Source: Balanoglossus misakiensis
Taxonomy: Eukaryota; Animalia; Hemichordata
NCBI GenBank assembly: GCA_040954595.2
Contig: CM082582.2
Location: 13,676,327-13,740,326, forward strand
Length of the DNA: 64,000 nucleotides
Direction of reading: 5' to 3'
This document shows positions 23,652-35,602 of this stretch, in pieces. The notes beneath the pieces were generated by a model that made no database searches, was not told where the DNA came from, and saw only the letters and a program-made list of their open reading frames with translations. The position numbers were made by a program, and so were the translations under genes. The first letter of the stretch is position 1. Each line of letters opens with the position of its first letter.

Positions 23652-26600
23652 CTGAAAGAAACAAATCACCATTTCTATTATTTGATTTTCATGCAGATTC
23701 TGCTCAATCAGGAATTCTGTTATTGATCCACATTAATTTCTCAAGAGAAAATCCCCTGGTGGTAAAAACCAATGATGCAAAACAATGATGAAAATATTTT
23801 AAAATACTTTGATGGTTAACAGTCATAACTGAATATTTTAGTTCAAAATTATTAATCAGAGACAGTCGCAAACTAAAAAAAAAGAGAGTAAAATTTAAAA
23901 TTAAGGTGTAACCAATTAGCCCACCAATTCTGGCATTTGGAAGATTTCCCTCGTTCGTTATACGTCACAATCTTTTACAAGCAAAAGCTCTGCATTCTGT
24001 AGTACACAGACAGGTAATTACAGGCAGACACCTGTGTTTGCAGATTTAAAAAAATAACTACAGCTCCAGGTGAACAAACCATTGAAATTCCACAGACTCA
24101 GCTCTGCTCTCCTAATTTCACAAAGCCACACCGCCAAAGACAGAAATAAGCTATCAAAAAAAGCCAAATGACACAAAAGTGTGATTGGTTGTAATAGGCA
24201 AAATTCTTTGTGCACTACTACAAAAAATGGTGCCGCTATAAGAATTCACTGCTTATAATCATACTGACTGCAAGGCATTCCATTTATTGAGGTATTGACT
24301 GAATTTTCTATTCTCTCCTTACAACACAAAATTCGTTTTGAGGGTTTAAAAAATGACGAAATCAAAGAGTTTCCGACATGTGATTTTCCATCTTTCATGT
24401 ATGTCTCTTTGAAAGGTAATGAAAGACATCAATGTGTTTATCATTTCAATGTAGGACTTTTTAATGACAAATGGCTTCAAATGACATCACTGATGATTAA
24501 CCTTATAGCTATTTCATGATTTTCTCATTTTTCTTGCTTATTTACAATTTGCAAGATGACAGGCACAATATGAAGAGTTTATAATACCTTCCACATAATT
24601 TCTCTCACAAACGACAGAGAGATTTTGATTGCTTAAGTGGCTTTTAGTCCAATTCTAATTTATGCCTAATAAGGTGTCATTTTTCACTCTAATTGCTGGA
24701 AATTTTGAATCTGATATCAAAAATCAGGCACCATGATGAGAAACCCTTTTCTGTAAAATGTACAGTGAGCACCAAAACTAGTACACCATCCAAGTGTGTC
24801 TGTGAATTGCTTTAGACTTGCCTTAGCCTTAAACACTACATGTATGTCCATGTTAATTATGGTGACTTCTAGAAGAACAAGACCTCTCAATACCAGACAC
24901 CAAAGGACATTGTTCAGTTTATAGCTTTATTTTCAGGCGTTTTGATATGCATGTAAAACAACATTAAAGTGTTTGCAATATTCATAGACTTACTTTAAAT
25001 TCAATATTCAGAGGGGAATATTCTGTGTTAGATAGAAGATGTACCATTACAATGACTTGTAATATAATTTCATGTTTGATCCTCTCTAGCCATCTTGTTC
25101 TTGGTATTAAATACTCAACTGAAACTAACTGTTGTTAGTTACTGCACCAGGGATACATTTCCATTTATAACAAGCCATCTATAATGTTACAGTGTAGCAG
25201 AGTAGAAAATAACCATCAATACTGTTACAGTGTAGCAGAACTGCACAATGTAACAAGTACAATGTACCTACATGATGACAACATGCCCCATTGATGTGTC
25301 ACACAAATTCAGTTTGCTACTGCTTTATTGGCCACTGGTAAAGGAGGAACCATTATAAAACTTATCAGACTGGTTTCCGCGTTAATTTATTGTTAAAATG
25401 GGTAAATGTGACTTGTTATGGCTTGTGCCATGTAACCACTTTTGCCGTGTGTTATTTCAAAAGAATGAGTTTTTCCCTAGGTTTGTTCTTTCTATAATGA
25501 TTTTTTAATAATTGATTAACTCTACCTACAGGCAGTATCCCATCTGTAACATCTGTCAAGGCATATCAGTTTTCACTATGATGAAAGAATGACTTGATCT
25601 GCGTCATTGAGGGACATACTAAGATCTCACTGAATTGTTAAACATTTATTTCATCTTAAGATGGCTTCAACGTTTCTGAATAATTCATACTCTTCTGGTG
25701 TTTTCATCTATTTCACCTTATCAGCTCAGAATTCAGGCATTTTGCAAACTGACAAAGCTAAAGGAATTCAGTTGTGTTATTTCATTTATATACTCAGAAT
25801 ATCCTAAAGATAAAAGAAGATTAATATTGATGGTAACAGGTGTGTATATTATGTATATCTGCAGATACACAGGAGTGGATTAATTGTGTGGGATTAACTT
25901 GTATAAGTGTTGGATTTTTTTTCTAGTACAAGGACTTTACAGCATCATTCCTCAACTACAGGATTAAACCTTCCCCTTTGCTATAGTTTATTAAAAGCTC
26001 TGATTTGCAATTTGATCCGCTGTTTATTGGTTACGCAGCTTTGTTTGTGACAAGATTTTATTTGCCCCCCCCCCCCCGATGTACGATGTACGTATGATAC
26101 ATTCTGACCAACGCATAATGACGTATATTAAACGTGACTTTACCCCATTTGCGATTTCATAACGAAGTACTATGTGGCAATGTATTTCGCCACAATAATT
26201 TTAGCTGTACCATGGAGGTTTAGCTTCATATCTCTCTTTATTTAATCTGTGGACACGCTTTTTCATAAAGTAGGGGCCTAAAAGTTAGTTTTCTTTTGCG
26301 CAAAATTCCATAAAGGCGACGACAAACACAGTCCTTGTGCTTCATTGCCATTGGAATGCTGTCGTCAGTAATGAATTGGCTGAGATGTACAAAGCCAATG
26401 CACTGGCAACAGGTCAATCAAACCGTTTTACCCGTTGCCTACACAAACATCTTGTGCCGACATATTTATCCCAAAGGGACACTACAAACGTCAGGTGAAA
26501 TTAACAACATGAAACTCACATCTTTATAACTTGTTTTAAGAAATCCCCACTGTTCTGGCCATGTCTTGGCGGCGTCTTCTTCGTATTTAATATGATCCTT

Positions 26601-26777
26601 CCTAAAGACGGTGAGAAAATGTAAGACAGAGAGGTACAATTATGTGTTATTCATGATACAGTGTAACAAACAACATAGGGTCGGATCGTACGCAATTAAG
26701 TCAGAAACCTACCAAATTTGATCCTGGGCGACAAAGTTGAATCCTGCGAGTGCTTTTCCTCCGGCCTTGTCAGCCAT
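23397..26777 (-). CDS. CIMIP1: Ciliary microtubule inner protein 1 (C20orf85/LLC1 family), 133 aa; exons 26777-26713, 26601-26520, 23651-23397
   Basis: Spliced product MADKAGGKALAGFNFVAQDQIW-KDHIKYEEDAAKTWPEQWGFLKTSYKD-LVKDDFP...PITPISRYIQVGRSPPVPETTAGFVGWRS...KGGLVRQLNWPTEGID matches C20orf85 motifs (QDxIWK, WPxxWGFL, SPPVPxTTxGFxGWRS, LxWPxEG). GT-AG introns; phases 2 and 0 are consistent. Confidence 0.92.
25175..25250 (+). repeat. Tandem duplication, 38-bp unit x2, in CIMIP1 intron 2
   Basis: CCATC..T..TGTTACAGTGTAGCAGA at 25175 and 25213. Confidence 0.7.
26520..26601 (-). CDS. CIMIP1: CIMIP1 exon 2
   Basis: Acceptor GTCTTTAG, donor GTGAGT; (W)KDHIKYEEDAAKTWPEQWGFLKTSYKD. Confidence 0.92.
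26713..26777 (-). CDS. CIMIP1: CIMIP1 coding exon 1
   Basis: AAAATGG start context; donor GTAGGT; MADKAGGKALAGFNFVAQDQI(W). Confidence 0.88.
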
Positions 26778-26906
26778 TTTTACCGCCAGGCGTATATTAT
26801 CGTCGAGATTTTGGCCGTTTTCTGGCGACAAATTTATTTAGAAAATCCCTCTGTGGATTTGCTACACGGATACCCACGTATGTAAATAGTGTAGGTGGTA
26901 CAACAT

Positions 26907-26920
26907 GCAGCCATAGCAAC
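26907..26920 (-). promoter_or_regulatory. RFX X-box-like motif upstream of CIMIP1
   Basis: GTTGCTATGGCTGC on the - strand, 130 bp upstream of the ATG. One perfect half-site (GTTGCTATGG); X-boxes are typical of ciliary gene promoters. Confidence 0.6.
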
Positions 26921-27536
26921 AAGACGCCCTCGGGGTGATATTAAGGCCATGCCACGCATAACAATTCAATTGTTTAATTGGACGATTCTATTTCTAGGGT
27001 GGGTGAGGGGCAGGTCTAGTGATCGCAGAACTGCAGTAGTAGTTCAAGCAAAAGCGCAAAGATCCTTCAAATTGAGAAATCTTTCGAAGCCAAAAGTTTA
27101 AGGAGCACGGAGGAGAATCTGCGGTGACATCAAGCAGACACAGTATAACACATTTGTCAAAGATAAACCAAAATTTCTAGACTACGTTTTCTCGGCGACA
27201 TGTTACTGTATAACAATTCGTAATGTAGGCCTACATGTACATGGCTTGTGTTTGTTTCATCGGACCAATACAAAAGTTTATCCGAATATAATCAATCTCT
27301 TTCAGCGTAACTACATAGGTAACAAGCGACTGTGATAGTGAATTATAAGGCTATTAAACATTTTCAATAAAATCATGGGAAAGTTATTTTGTGCCTTTTA
27401 TTCATGTTAACTGGGCATTAGTGATAGATCTAGATACAAAACCAAGGAACATTAAATATACATATCGAATTGAAATGATGGGAATAAAATACAGTTCTGT
27501 CGAAAATAAGTAGGCACATGTAAGCTTAGGTCTTCA

Positions 27537-27622
27537 TAGCTGCAGTTCAGTAGCTCGAAGTTTTGAAAACTGGTTTTGCCGTACAAAACAAGGCAAAACT
27601 TCGAGCTACTGAACTGCAGCTA
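27537..27622. mobile_element. 86-bp palindromic miniature element (MITE-like foldback)
   Basis: Perfect 29-bp inverted repeat TAGCTGCAGTTCAGTAGCTCGAAGTTTTG (27537-27565) / CAAAACTTCGAGCTACTGAACTGCAGCTA (27594-27622), 28-bp spacer, TA at both ends. Confidence 0.75.
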
Positions 27623-28980
27623 AGGCCTTGAATTGACTGATATTTCTCTGGTCAGCTACAGTGAATGTAGAATTGTCTACCGAGAAATTAAAGCATTTTT
27701 TCGGTCTTTATATTGGACAAACAGGCATCAGAGATGTTGTCTTAAACGTCACTGGACGCTTGGTTCTAGCTGGACGGAGTACCAGTCTTGTATATTAGCA
27801 TATATATCATAACAATAACATTATATATAGACCTACTCCGAAGAAATTTGAATAGACCTAGTATTCCAAGAATGATTTGATAAAATTTATGCTATGTGCT
27901 GTGCTGCCATTGAACAATGGTTCCGACTTACAAATTATCTTCAATATATTCACGCATTGCCATCTTTAAGATATTAACAACAGTTACGTATGTCTACTCT
28001 ATAGCCAAGAGAGTATTCCTTGGACAAGAAAGTTCTCAACCTCAAGCGGCCCATTTCTCGAGCAATTAGCAATCGGAAATCTCCGGATATCTTCGGATAC
28101 TGGGCGACCATGCGCAAAGTAAATTGCATCCAGTGTATCAACATGGCGGTACAACTTCTTAAATGTTGGACGACGCCGATAGTGTAGGGCACATAGGAGT
28201 GATTTGAGTCTAATTTACATGTTCTTCTTCCAAGAGATGGAACTTTTCTCTGACTCCATTTTATGCATTGGACTAATGGGTAGGTGTCAATGTTTTTCGC
28301 ACGTTTTCTGCTATTTCCGGTGTTTTAATGGGACTTCCGGGTTGCACTAAACCTTGTTCTTATATTTTTTTTCTCGGTGCAGTTATTTCGCTGTTGAACA
28401 TAAGTGACGCTGAAGGTAGGTCAGAAGCATTAATTTTGTATCATTTATCTATATTTTTTACTTTCTTTGACGTCCCCTGACGCATATTTTTGACCTCGAC
28501 AAGTGTCTCGCACATCTCGTATACCCGCAGCAGCATTAAGCGTTTCGCTTTAATGTTGCCCTGTCGCGGAATTATGTCAAATGTTGAGATATGAATTTTC
28601 CATTTATGTGAAAATGATTGTGTATTTCCATTTAACTTGCAGTTACTTTTAATATCATACTGTGTTCTAACAGTATGATAATCACCAAAAAAGAATTTTC
28701 CTAATGATTTGCGCATTATTTTTAAGTTTTTACGCACATGTCTGCCCCAGACGTGACCCAGACACAGGCATAAAAGGACTACGGATTTTTGCGATGGGGG
28801 TTTCAGCTCTATTAGTGCTACAAATCGCTTGCGACCGTGACATTTACTTTAATTTATTTCTAATCACCTTTGAAATTAACCAAATTTGTAACTAACTGTC
28901 GTGTTTAACTGATTTCCGTACGCGTTTGTCGATTTCTCGTGTTGCGTCACTGGGTGCGGGCAGCGCAGGCAGAAGTCATT

Positions 28981-29060
28981 CAGACATATCCACATGCAGA
29001 CGTCTGGCGCGTTACTCTGTCTAGACACTCCCACACACGTACACAGGTAGTCCGTCAGAC
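28981..29060. promoter_or_regulatory. Cluster of SMAD-binding elements
   Basis: CAGAC 28981, palindrome CAGACGTCTG 28997-29006, GGCGC 29006-29010, palindrome GTCTAGAC 29019-29026 and CAGAC 29056, all within 80 bp. Confidence 0.5.
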
Positions 29061-30327
29061 AGATAAACAAACAAAAATAAACGCATTCTTCTCAGAATTT
29101 TAACGCGTGCTTGTATTTTCTTATGTTTTCAACTTTCAATGGTACGTTTTTGACGTGTCGTAGTTTGTTTTATTGTAATATTTGTGAAAAATTCGCTGCA
29201 GTGCGTGCAACCATTTACTACGCTGATTAATCCCGCGGCTGCGCGCAGTGATGTTGGTTTCACAATCACCGCTGTCATTTGTACTTATCAATGTCCAGGT
29301 TGGGCTAGTACCATTTCAAAAGAAAGCGACTACCATGTGCTAGTTTCAGAAGTCTTGTTTTTCGGTGATTTCGACCCATTTCAAGACACCGGCCTCTCTA
29401 CTTGGCAAAGTGTCAAAAATGCAGCCCTGTTACATGTTTAGTGTTTGGTCGCGTGTTGACATTGTAGCTGTTGGCCTTGAGACAGAAGTATCGATCGAAT
29501 TGTGACTGGGAGCGGAGGGTTTTAGAAAAAAGCTTCCCCTTTTTAAAACTTCTTCATGAAAAATAAAGTTTTATTGGGGAAAAGATTCATATTAAATATC
29601 TTAAAGATTATACCCTCAAAATTTGTGTTGAATGGGCCGGCTTTGTGGCTAAATTGTTGTGTTTACGGCATGGACTGGTATTACGTAAGGCAAAAACCCG
29701 CCACAATAGAAATTGCTAATGCTCTCCCCAAGGTCATACCAACATGTCAATTGGCACTTCTGGACATGAAGACAGCTACTGAGTCAAAAAGACAAATATT
29801 TGAATTCACTCTAAAAGAGACAGAGCAGAAAGTTTGCTTTTAAGTATAAAGTGTGATTGATAAATGCTGAGAGTACTTGCTGCATATGCAATTTTAATCT
29901 GTATCCAGACTAATTAATTAGGTTAAAAAAATGTGTCATCTGATCACAGAAGACTTACCTTTTGTTAGACAGTGAAGTAAATGGCAATGCACAGATAACC
30001 AGTGAACCAATTTTACAATTAGACTATTTGCTAAATGGAAAGTGGTAGATCTGTTTCGTGGTGTAGTCGAGCAGTTTAGTGATGATGTATCTGTCAGCCC
30101 CCATATAGTGCATGGTGGCCTTTTCAAATAAAATAATCTTGAAGTAAATAAAAACATTGAATAATTGAAACATCCTTAATTGCTGAAAATATTTAGTGAA
30201 ACAAATGCTGATCTGCTTGGATTGAAATGTCAGAGTATGCATGCAAAGTTTATCCTCCAAAAATGAGAGTTTATAGGAAATGGTTATGTTCACTTCTGTG
30301 AACATTTATCATAAGTCAGTTCCTAAA

Positions 30328-30410
30328 TAACCAACCAACTATCTAACCACGTTTACTCGACCGTGAACTAACTAACCAACCAACGAAACAACTAACCAAC
30401 CATCCAAACA
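30328..30410 (+). repeat. Degenerate (AACC/AACT)n tetranucleotide repeat
   Basis: taaccaaccaacta...aactaactaaccaaccaac...aactaaccaaccatcc. Confidence 0.7.
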
Positions 30411-33076
30411 GAACAGGGGATGTTTGGCAGACGTCATGTGTTCATGTATGATTTGGTAGAACTTCAGCACTTTGTAGTCTGTCTACATTCACACCACTGA
30501 TAATTTTTTTAGCCAGGTTCCTGCAATCAGCAAGATCATGTGTGTGTTTTTACTACTTGTATCAGGACCCTGTTGAGTTTGTGAAGACAGCCAGACACTT
30601 AACAATGACATCGACAACAATACAGAACAACAATGAATTGAACAATAGTTGTCGTATTCCAAATTCAAATGACTGGATTTTGTTTGGGGCTGTGGTAGTG
30701 TTAAAAGTGTTATAGCTTCTTTGTGATTCTATGTTGACAGAACGTTTCTTTCTGAACCGAGGTCACTTCCTCGGGTATTACACATTCTTTTTGTCCAGAT
30801 GTATCAGAGGAGAAAATTTGACTGCAGGACATGTCCCAAACTCTGAACATGCTCATGCATCTTGTTCTGAGGTGCAGGACATGTGCAGGTGTTCAGTTTT
30901 GGTGTTGTTATAGTTATTCCGAAGCAAATAGGATACAGAATGATGCAAAATGTAAAATGAGGTGATATGGCTGATGTACAACATTAATATTAAATTTGCA
31001 ATCCAAAATCAGTCATCAAAATCAATTTTATTGATAGATTTCTGTTCAATGCACTTTGGCATTTTACAGTACGAGTAGCAGTGAGGAGAGAGAAACATAA
31101 TGAATATGAAAAGAATTTGGCTGTCTTTATGTTGGTTAGACTTATTATGTATTACTATAATGTGATCCAACACAAAGCTCTCCAAAGATGTCATCAACGC
31201 CCACAGGCAGTCTTCCTACTCCTCTGGCAACTATTGTTGTGTGGTCGCATGATCCATATCCCTGGTGTACGTTGGACGTGACAAACTGCTTGGATTTTCT
31301 ACTGACCCCCACAGCTTCAAAATCTGATTTGTCACATTTCAAACAACCTTATTCCTTCTCTAACAGTGTTGACGACATGCCTCACTGTTGTCAAAAGTTG
31401 TCTGTCTTCACAAACAGAGTACTAGCTGTGCAGGTTATATGAGTCATGATGTCACGTCAGACAGTTTTATTTTTTCACATTTCGTCAGTCGGATTTCTGT
31501 TTTTTCAGCAATATCCATAATGCCAGCAATAGCATCACAATCTTCTACAGGCATATTTTTTTCCAGTCAAACATACTGTAATATAATATTACATTCCTTC
31601 ACAGACTATGAACAGGCAAGCCTTTTGATGGGTTCTTTCTCGATCCCTGTTTTTCAGTCAAATGTACCAATTTGGCCAGCAGTGGCAAGCAGGCAGTTTG
31701 TGTGATGTAGAGCAAATACAAGCCACGGGGGAAAATGATGTGAAGGCCACCTAAACCTCTTTTGTAGAGGGGATCAAATCTGTAGCCATAATATTTTGTG
31801 GACCAATTGTTGATGCAGCCACAGAGAGTCATAAATTTTATGTGTCCAGGTCAGACTTTCCTTCCTTTTCAAGGTTAATTAACAATGTGATGTACTCGTC
31901 AGGACAATACTTCCCAGTTTCAAAAATTTGTTTATGTTTTGTCTGGTATTAAAATTTTTGTCTAGCTGGCTATTCTTGAAAGGGCTTTCATGTCAAAATT
32001 CTTTGTAGTATAAATTATGGTCTTTGTGAAACTTATTGATCATTTTGTGATTTACTGAAACTACTCACACTATTTACACACTAGTTTGATTCAACGAAAA
32101 ATGCTCCCCTTCTTAATCTAAAAATATAATTTCTAAAGAAAGCAGTTCAATTGGAAAAAAAAAATATTGATATATGTGCAACTGACATTAATAATTTCTT
32201 GGTGCAAGGGTATAGTTTTAAATTTGAGTCTGGCATTCAATATCGGATGAGATTTCAAACGTCCAGAGGAAGTAATATGCTGAAGTTGTAAATTGTGTTG
32301 ATAGTCTGATTTGGCAGTGTTTATGTGTATTTTGCCGCTGAGATGGAAAAGCTGGAGAAATTTGTCAGAATTCACAACAGTGAGTCATTACATTGCTGGT
32401 ACATTTACACTTCGGTTCTTGGGATTGAAACTTCATTGCGGTTTTATTGACGGGCAATAATTTGCAATTTGTTTTAATAGACCTTTGGTCATTGAAGTGG
32501 ATTCTTGACGGCCAGTTACTACAAAGGACCATGCATTCATAAAGAAAGATGTGTAGTGCTTGGGGACCGTTTTAACTATTAACTTGCAGAGATCTGTCTG
32601 TGTTTCTTCAGGTGGAACAAAATTCCCAGCTCTTCATGGTCAAATAAATTGTGATGGCAGAAGTGTAGTGCCCCCAATCACAGAAAAATAATGTTTTAGT
32701 GCTCAAAATGAGTTTGCGGCATAAATACATGGCCATAGAATGTTTGGACTCTATAGTTTGAACAAGATATGTATGTATGTGTGTCAAATCTAATGTTTGC
32801 TGCGCGTGCTTTTAGTTGAAATTGGTGAATTGAATGTTTATAACAAGTGTTGACCGTTCGGCTTTGGTAGACTTGATAGAAGATAGTCCTTGTGATTGCT
32901 CCAAAGTTTTATTTGTATTTGTTGGAGACTCCTTACTCCATCTTTTTTCACGTGAAGTTTGCTGGTCATCAACTTTGCAGTTAAAAGCAAACAAGTTGAC
33001 TGAGGACTGACTTTACACCCCTGGAATATATTTCCTGACCTGATCTAGGTCTACAAGTAATCTACAGTCTTTACCA

Positions 33077-33193
33077 TTAAGGTAGTATGCGGCTCAAAAA
33101 TCTTTCTTAAACTTTTCCTCATATGCACCTTTAGATTATTATCTCTTAAAATTACGAATAAAAAAACTGGGCGTCATGGCAAAATTGAATGAA
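33077..33193 (+). mobile_element. TTAA-GGTAG-ended non-autonomous DNA element (Kolobok-like), partial copy 1
   Basis: Aligns over about 115 bp with the copy starting at 40466 (TTAAGGTAGTA..CTCAAAAATC..TCTTAAACTTTTCCTCATAT..TTTAGATTATT.TCTCTTAAAA). Confidence 0.7.
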
Positions 33194-35405
33194 ATTCAGT
33201 GCTCACTGCTGATTTCATGCACCTTCCCAAAAAGTTTATTGTAAACCGCATGTTACCTGTATAGGAAGGTAAAAAATGGTAGGGCTGCACGAAAGATGGG
33301 ATTCATATGTTATATTTTGGGCTCTTTACATTTGAAGCATCACACACATCACTTTTGTCAATAAGTGATCATATTTTGTGAATAACTGTTGCATTTTACA
33401 AGCCTATTGAGAAAAGAGTTCTGATGACTTGGTGAGTCAACGTAACAAAATATAATTAACATCTCACATGAAACAAAAAACTGTCAAAGATTGTCCCTCT
33501 AATAGCAAATTGCTTCAGGTAGAGTGGTAAATTTTTGATGTAGGTTTTTCTCTCACGGGATACTTTTGTGAAAGTTCTTTTTGTAGTCACTCTTCAGTCA
33601 TTTTATTACATAAATTAATGAAAGGGGTTTATGATGGATGTACAATAATAGGGCTGGGACAATATCGTCTGTGTCATTATGTGTGACCAATGTTAGATTT
33701 CGAGTTGCTGGTACCATGTCTGTGTCGTCCTGGCCTTGCTCGCTAATAACCTCATTGTGCAAGACAGACAGCATTGTTGAATTATTAAAAGGTATTTTTT
33801 ACCCGTAGGCAGATGGAAAAATGTCGACCATATCAAAATTAAAAAGATGGAATGATATCACAGACTAAGTGAATTGTTTCAATATCGAGAGGCACACTTT
33901 TGAAGTAATTGACCCCATTTATTGCAATACACTCCCTGCAAATACTAATTTTGTCAAAATACTTGAATTAGACATAAATTCGCACAGTTGATAAAAAAAG
34001 TATTAAAGGAATATGCTTGGTATTTAAGAAGGTCAAAGAATAATATATGTTAAACAGATGCAGATCCAATGTCTGTAGGGATTGCCAATCTTTATATTTA
34101 TAATTAAAATGAAATAGTTTTAATTTTGGTAGATTTAGAATACAATTGGCATGTTTATCTTGTCTGTGTGTTTACAACATAGAGTAAAACTAAATTGCTT
34201 AGTACTTCTGTATAATCACTGTCCTTTCACCAAGTGTAGCAGATCCAGAGTCGCAGTCATTCCTGTCTTATTGCTTGGATTTATCTGTGGCTTAGATTAT
34301 CCAGTCAGAATGTGCTTGGCACTGTGCAAGCTTGTGGTGAAGGAATCTGCTGAAATATCATCCTATATCTCTGTGAAACCACAAGGCTTTATCCCACTTG
34401 CGTTGTTCGCTCGGTCAAAGTTTTGTCTTGAATTCTAGCGACAGAGCATATCACTATGTATTAAGCAGAGTGATTTGAGGGGTGCTGTTGTTGGCAGAAG
34501 CTCAGTGCCAGAAATAATGCAGTGACAAACTTTCTGGTGTCTACCGCGTAAATTATATGACTGAAGTATTTCCATAAGATGACTCGATCCAGCAGCTGGG
34601 TGATCGCAATGCTCAAATGACTGAGTGGCATGTCTAAGTAAGCCAAACAATGCAAATAAGTAAACATATGAAACAAAATAAGTAAACACATAAAATCAGT
34701 GTTAAAAAGGATTGTAGTTTTCATTCTCTTGACACATGGATGATTGCTTTAAGGCGGAAAATATATTTCTTAATTTTGGCGCATTTGGTCAGGAATTGTT
34801 CGTTCAGTCCAGTACAGCATGTTTGGTCAGATGTTGAGCATTTGGCCAAGTTTTACAGACATTAATTACTATTAGGCATATTTGATCAGGCATGTTTGGT
34901 GCAGCATTTGTTGTCATTATGACAGTTAGGACCTTGTATTAGTTTATTCACCTCTCCAAGCACTTCTGTCGATACATGCACTTTGGGAAATTCTTACTAT
35001 GAAAATAATCAAGTGAAAAAGGGAAGTGCTTTTAATAGGAATCTGTCAGTTTTTAATCATGATTTCTTAACTCCTGTTTGTTGGGATAGGGTGTAGTGAA
35101 GTCAAGTGTATTTGCATTAAGTCTCAACTAAGTATCAACTCTGTGAAAATATCTTCAACTTGGCAGCACAGAAACTGGCTTGAGGCAAAACGTCAACCAA
35201 AACAAGGAATAATGCTTGTTAATGCAGAACATCTTTTGGTTTGTCTTGAAGGATGCTGCTCGTTTATTGCAAAAATTGTCATTGATGTAGAAACGGCTGC
35301 TTTACAATATGGAATTTCCCCTTCCTCTAAACACTTCAAATTGATATCCATTACAAGAATTAATGTAAAAGAGCTTTGACCAAAAAATGTTGAATATCTG
35401 TGTTC

Positions 35406-35602
35406 TTATAGGAATACTATCACAGCTAATTTACTTATGCCAAAGATGGTCAAGAGGACATATGTCTACTCTATTTCTTCATATGACCATATAGGGGCAC
35501 ACTTTTTTCTCATGGCCACCCACTGAAATTGTTGATTGGCCAGATCTCTACTATCCATGGTAACTGTGGCTAATATTTGCCTAGATGACAGTATGCCTTT
35601 AA
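35406..35602 (+). mobile_element. About 195-bp MITE with TTAAAGG...CCTTTAA termini, copy 1
   Basis: Imperfect TIR TTATAGGAATACTATCA / TGACAGTATGCCTTTAA; core CATGGCCACCCACTGAAA shared with 48115-48309. Confidence 0.72.

Larger units (their letters stand above)
26700..29520. promoter_or_regulatory. CpG-enriched, probably divergent promoter region
   Basis: CpG dinucleotides are visibly more frequent than in flanking DNA. Contains the CIMIP1 5' end, ETS-type motifs (ATTTCCGG 28313, ACTTCCGG 28333) and + strand donor sites (GTAGGT 28416, GTACGT 29142). Confidence 0.55.

Noticed and set aside
27537-27622. Hairpin read as a rho-independent terminator or CRISPR repeat
   Set aside because: Eukaryotic context, no U-tract, and no array of repeats with spacers.
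27974-28260. CpG-rich segment with several stop-free frames on both strands
   Set aside because: No translated frame resembles a known protein; better explained as promoter-proximal non-coding sequence.
30605-30715. Small ORF MTSTTIQNNNELNNSCRIPNSNDWILFGAVVVLKVL with a hydrophobic tail
   Set aside because: Only 36 codons, partly made of AAC low-complexity sequence, with no homology or splice evidence.
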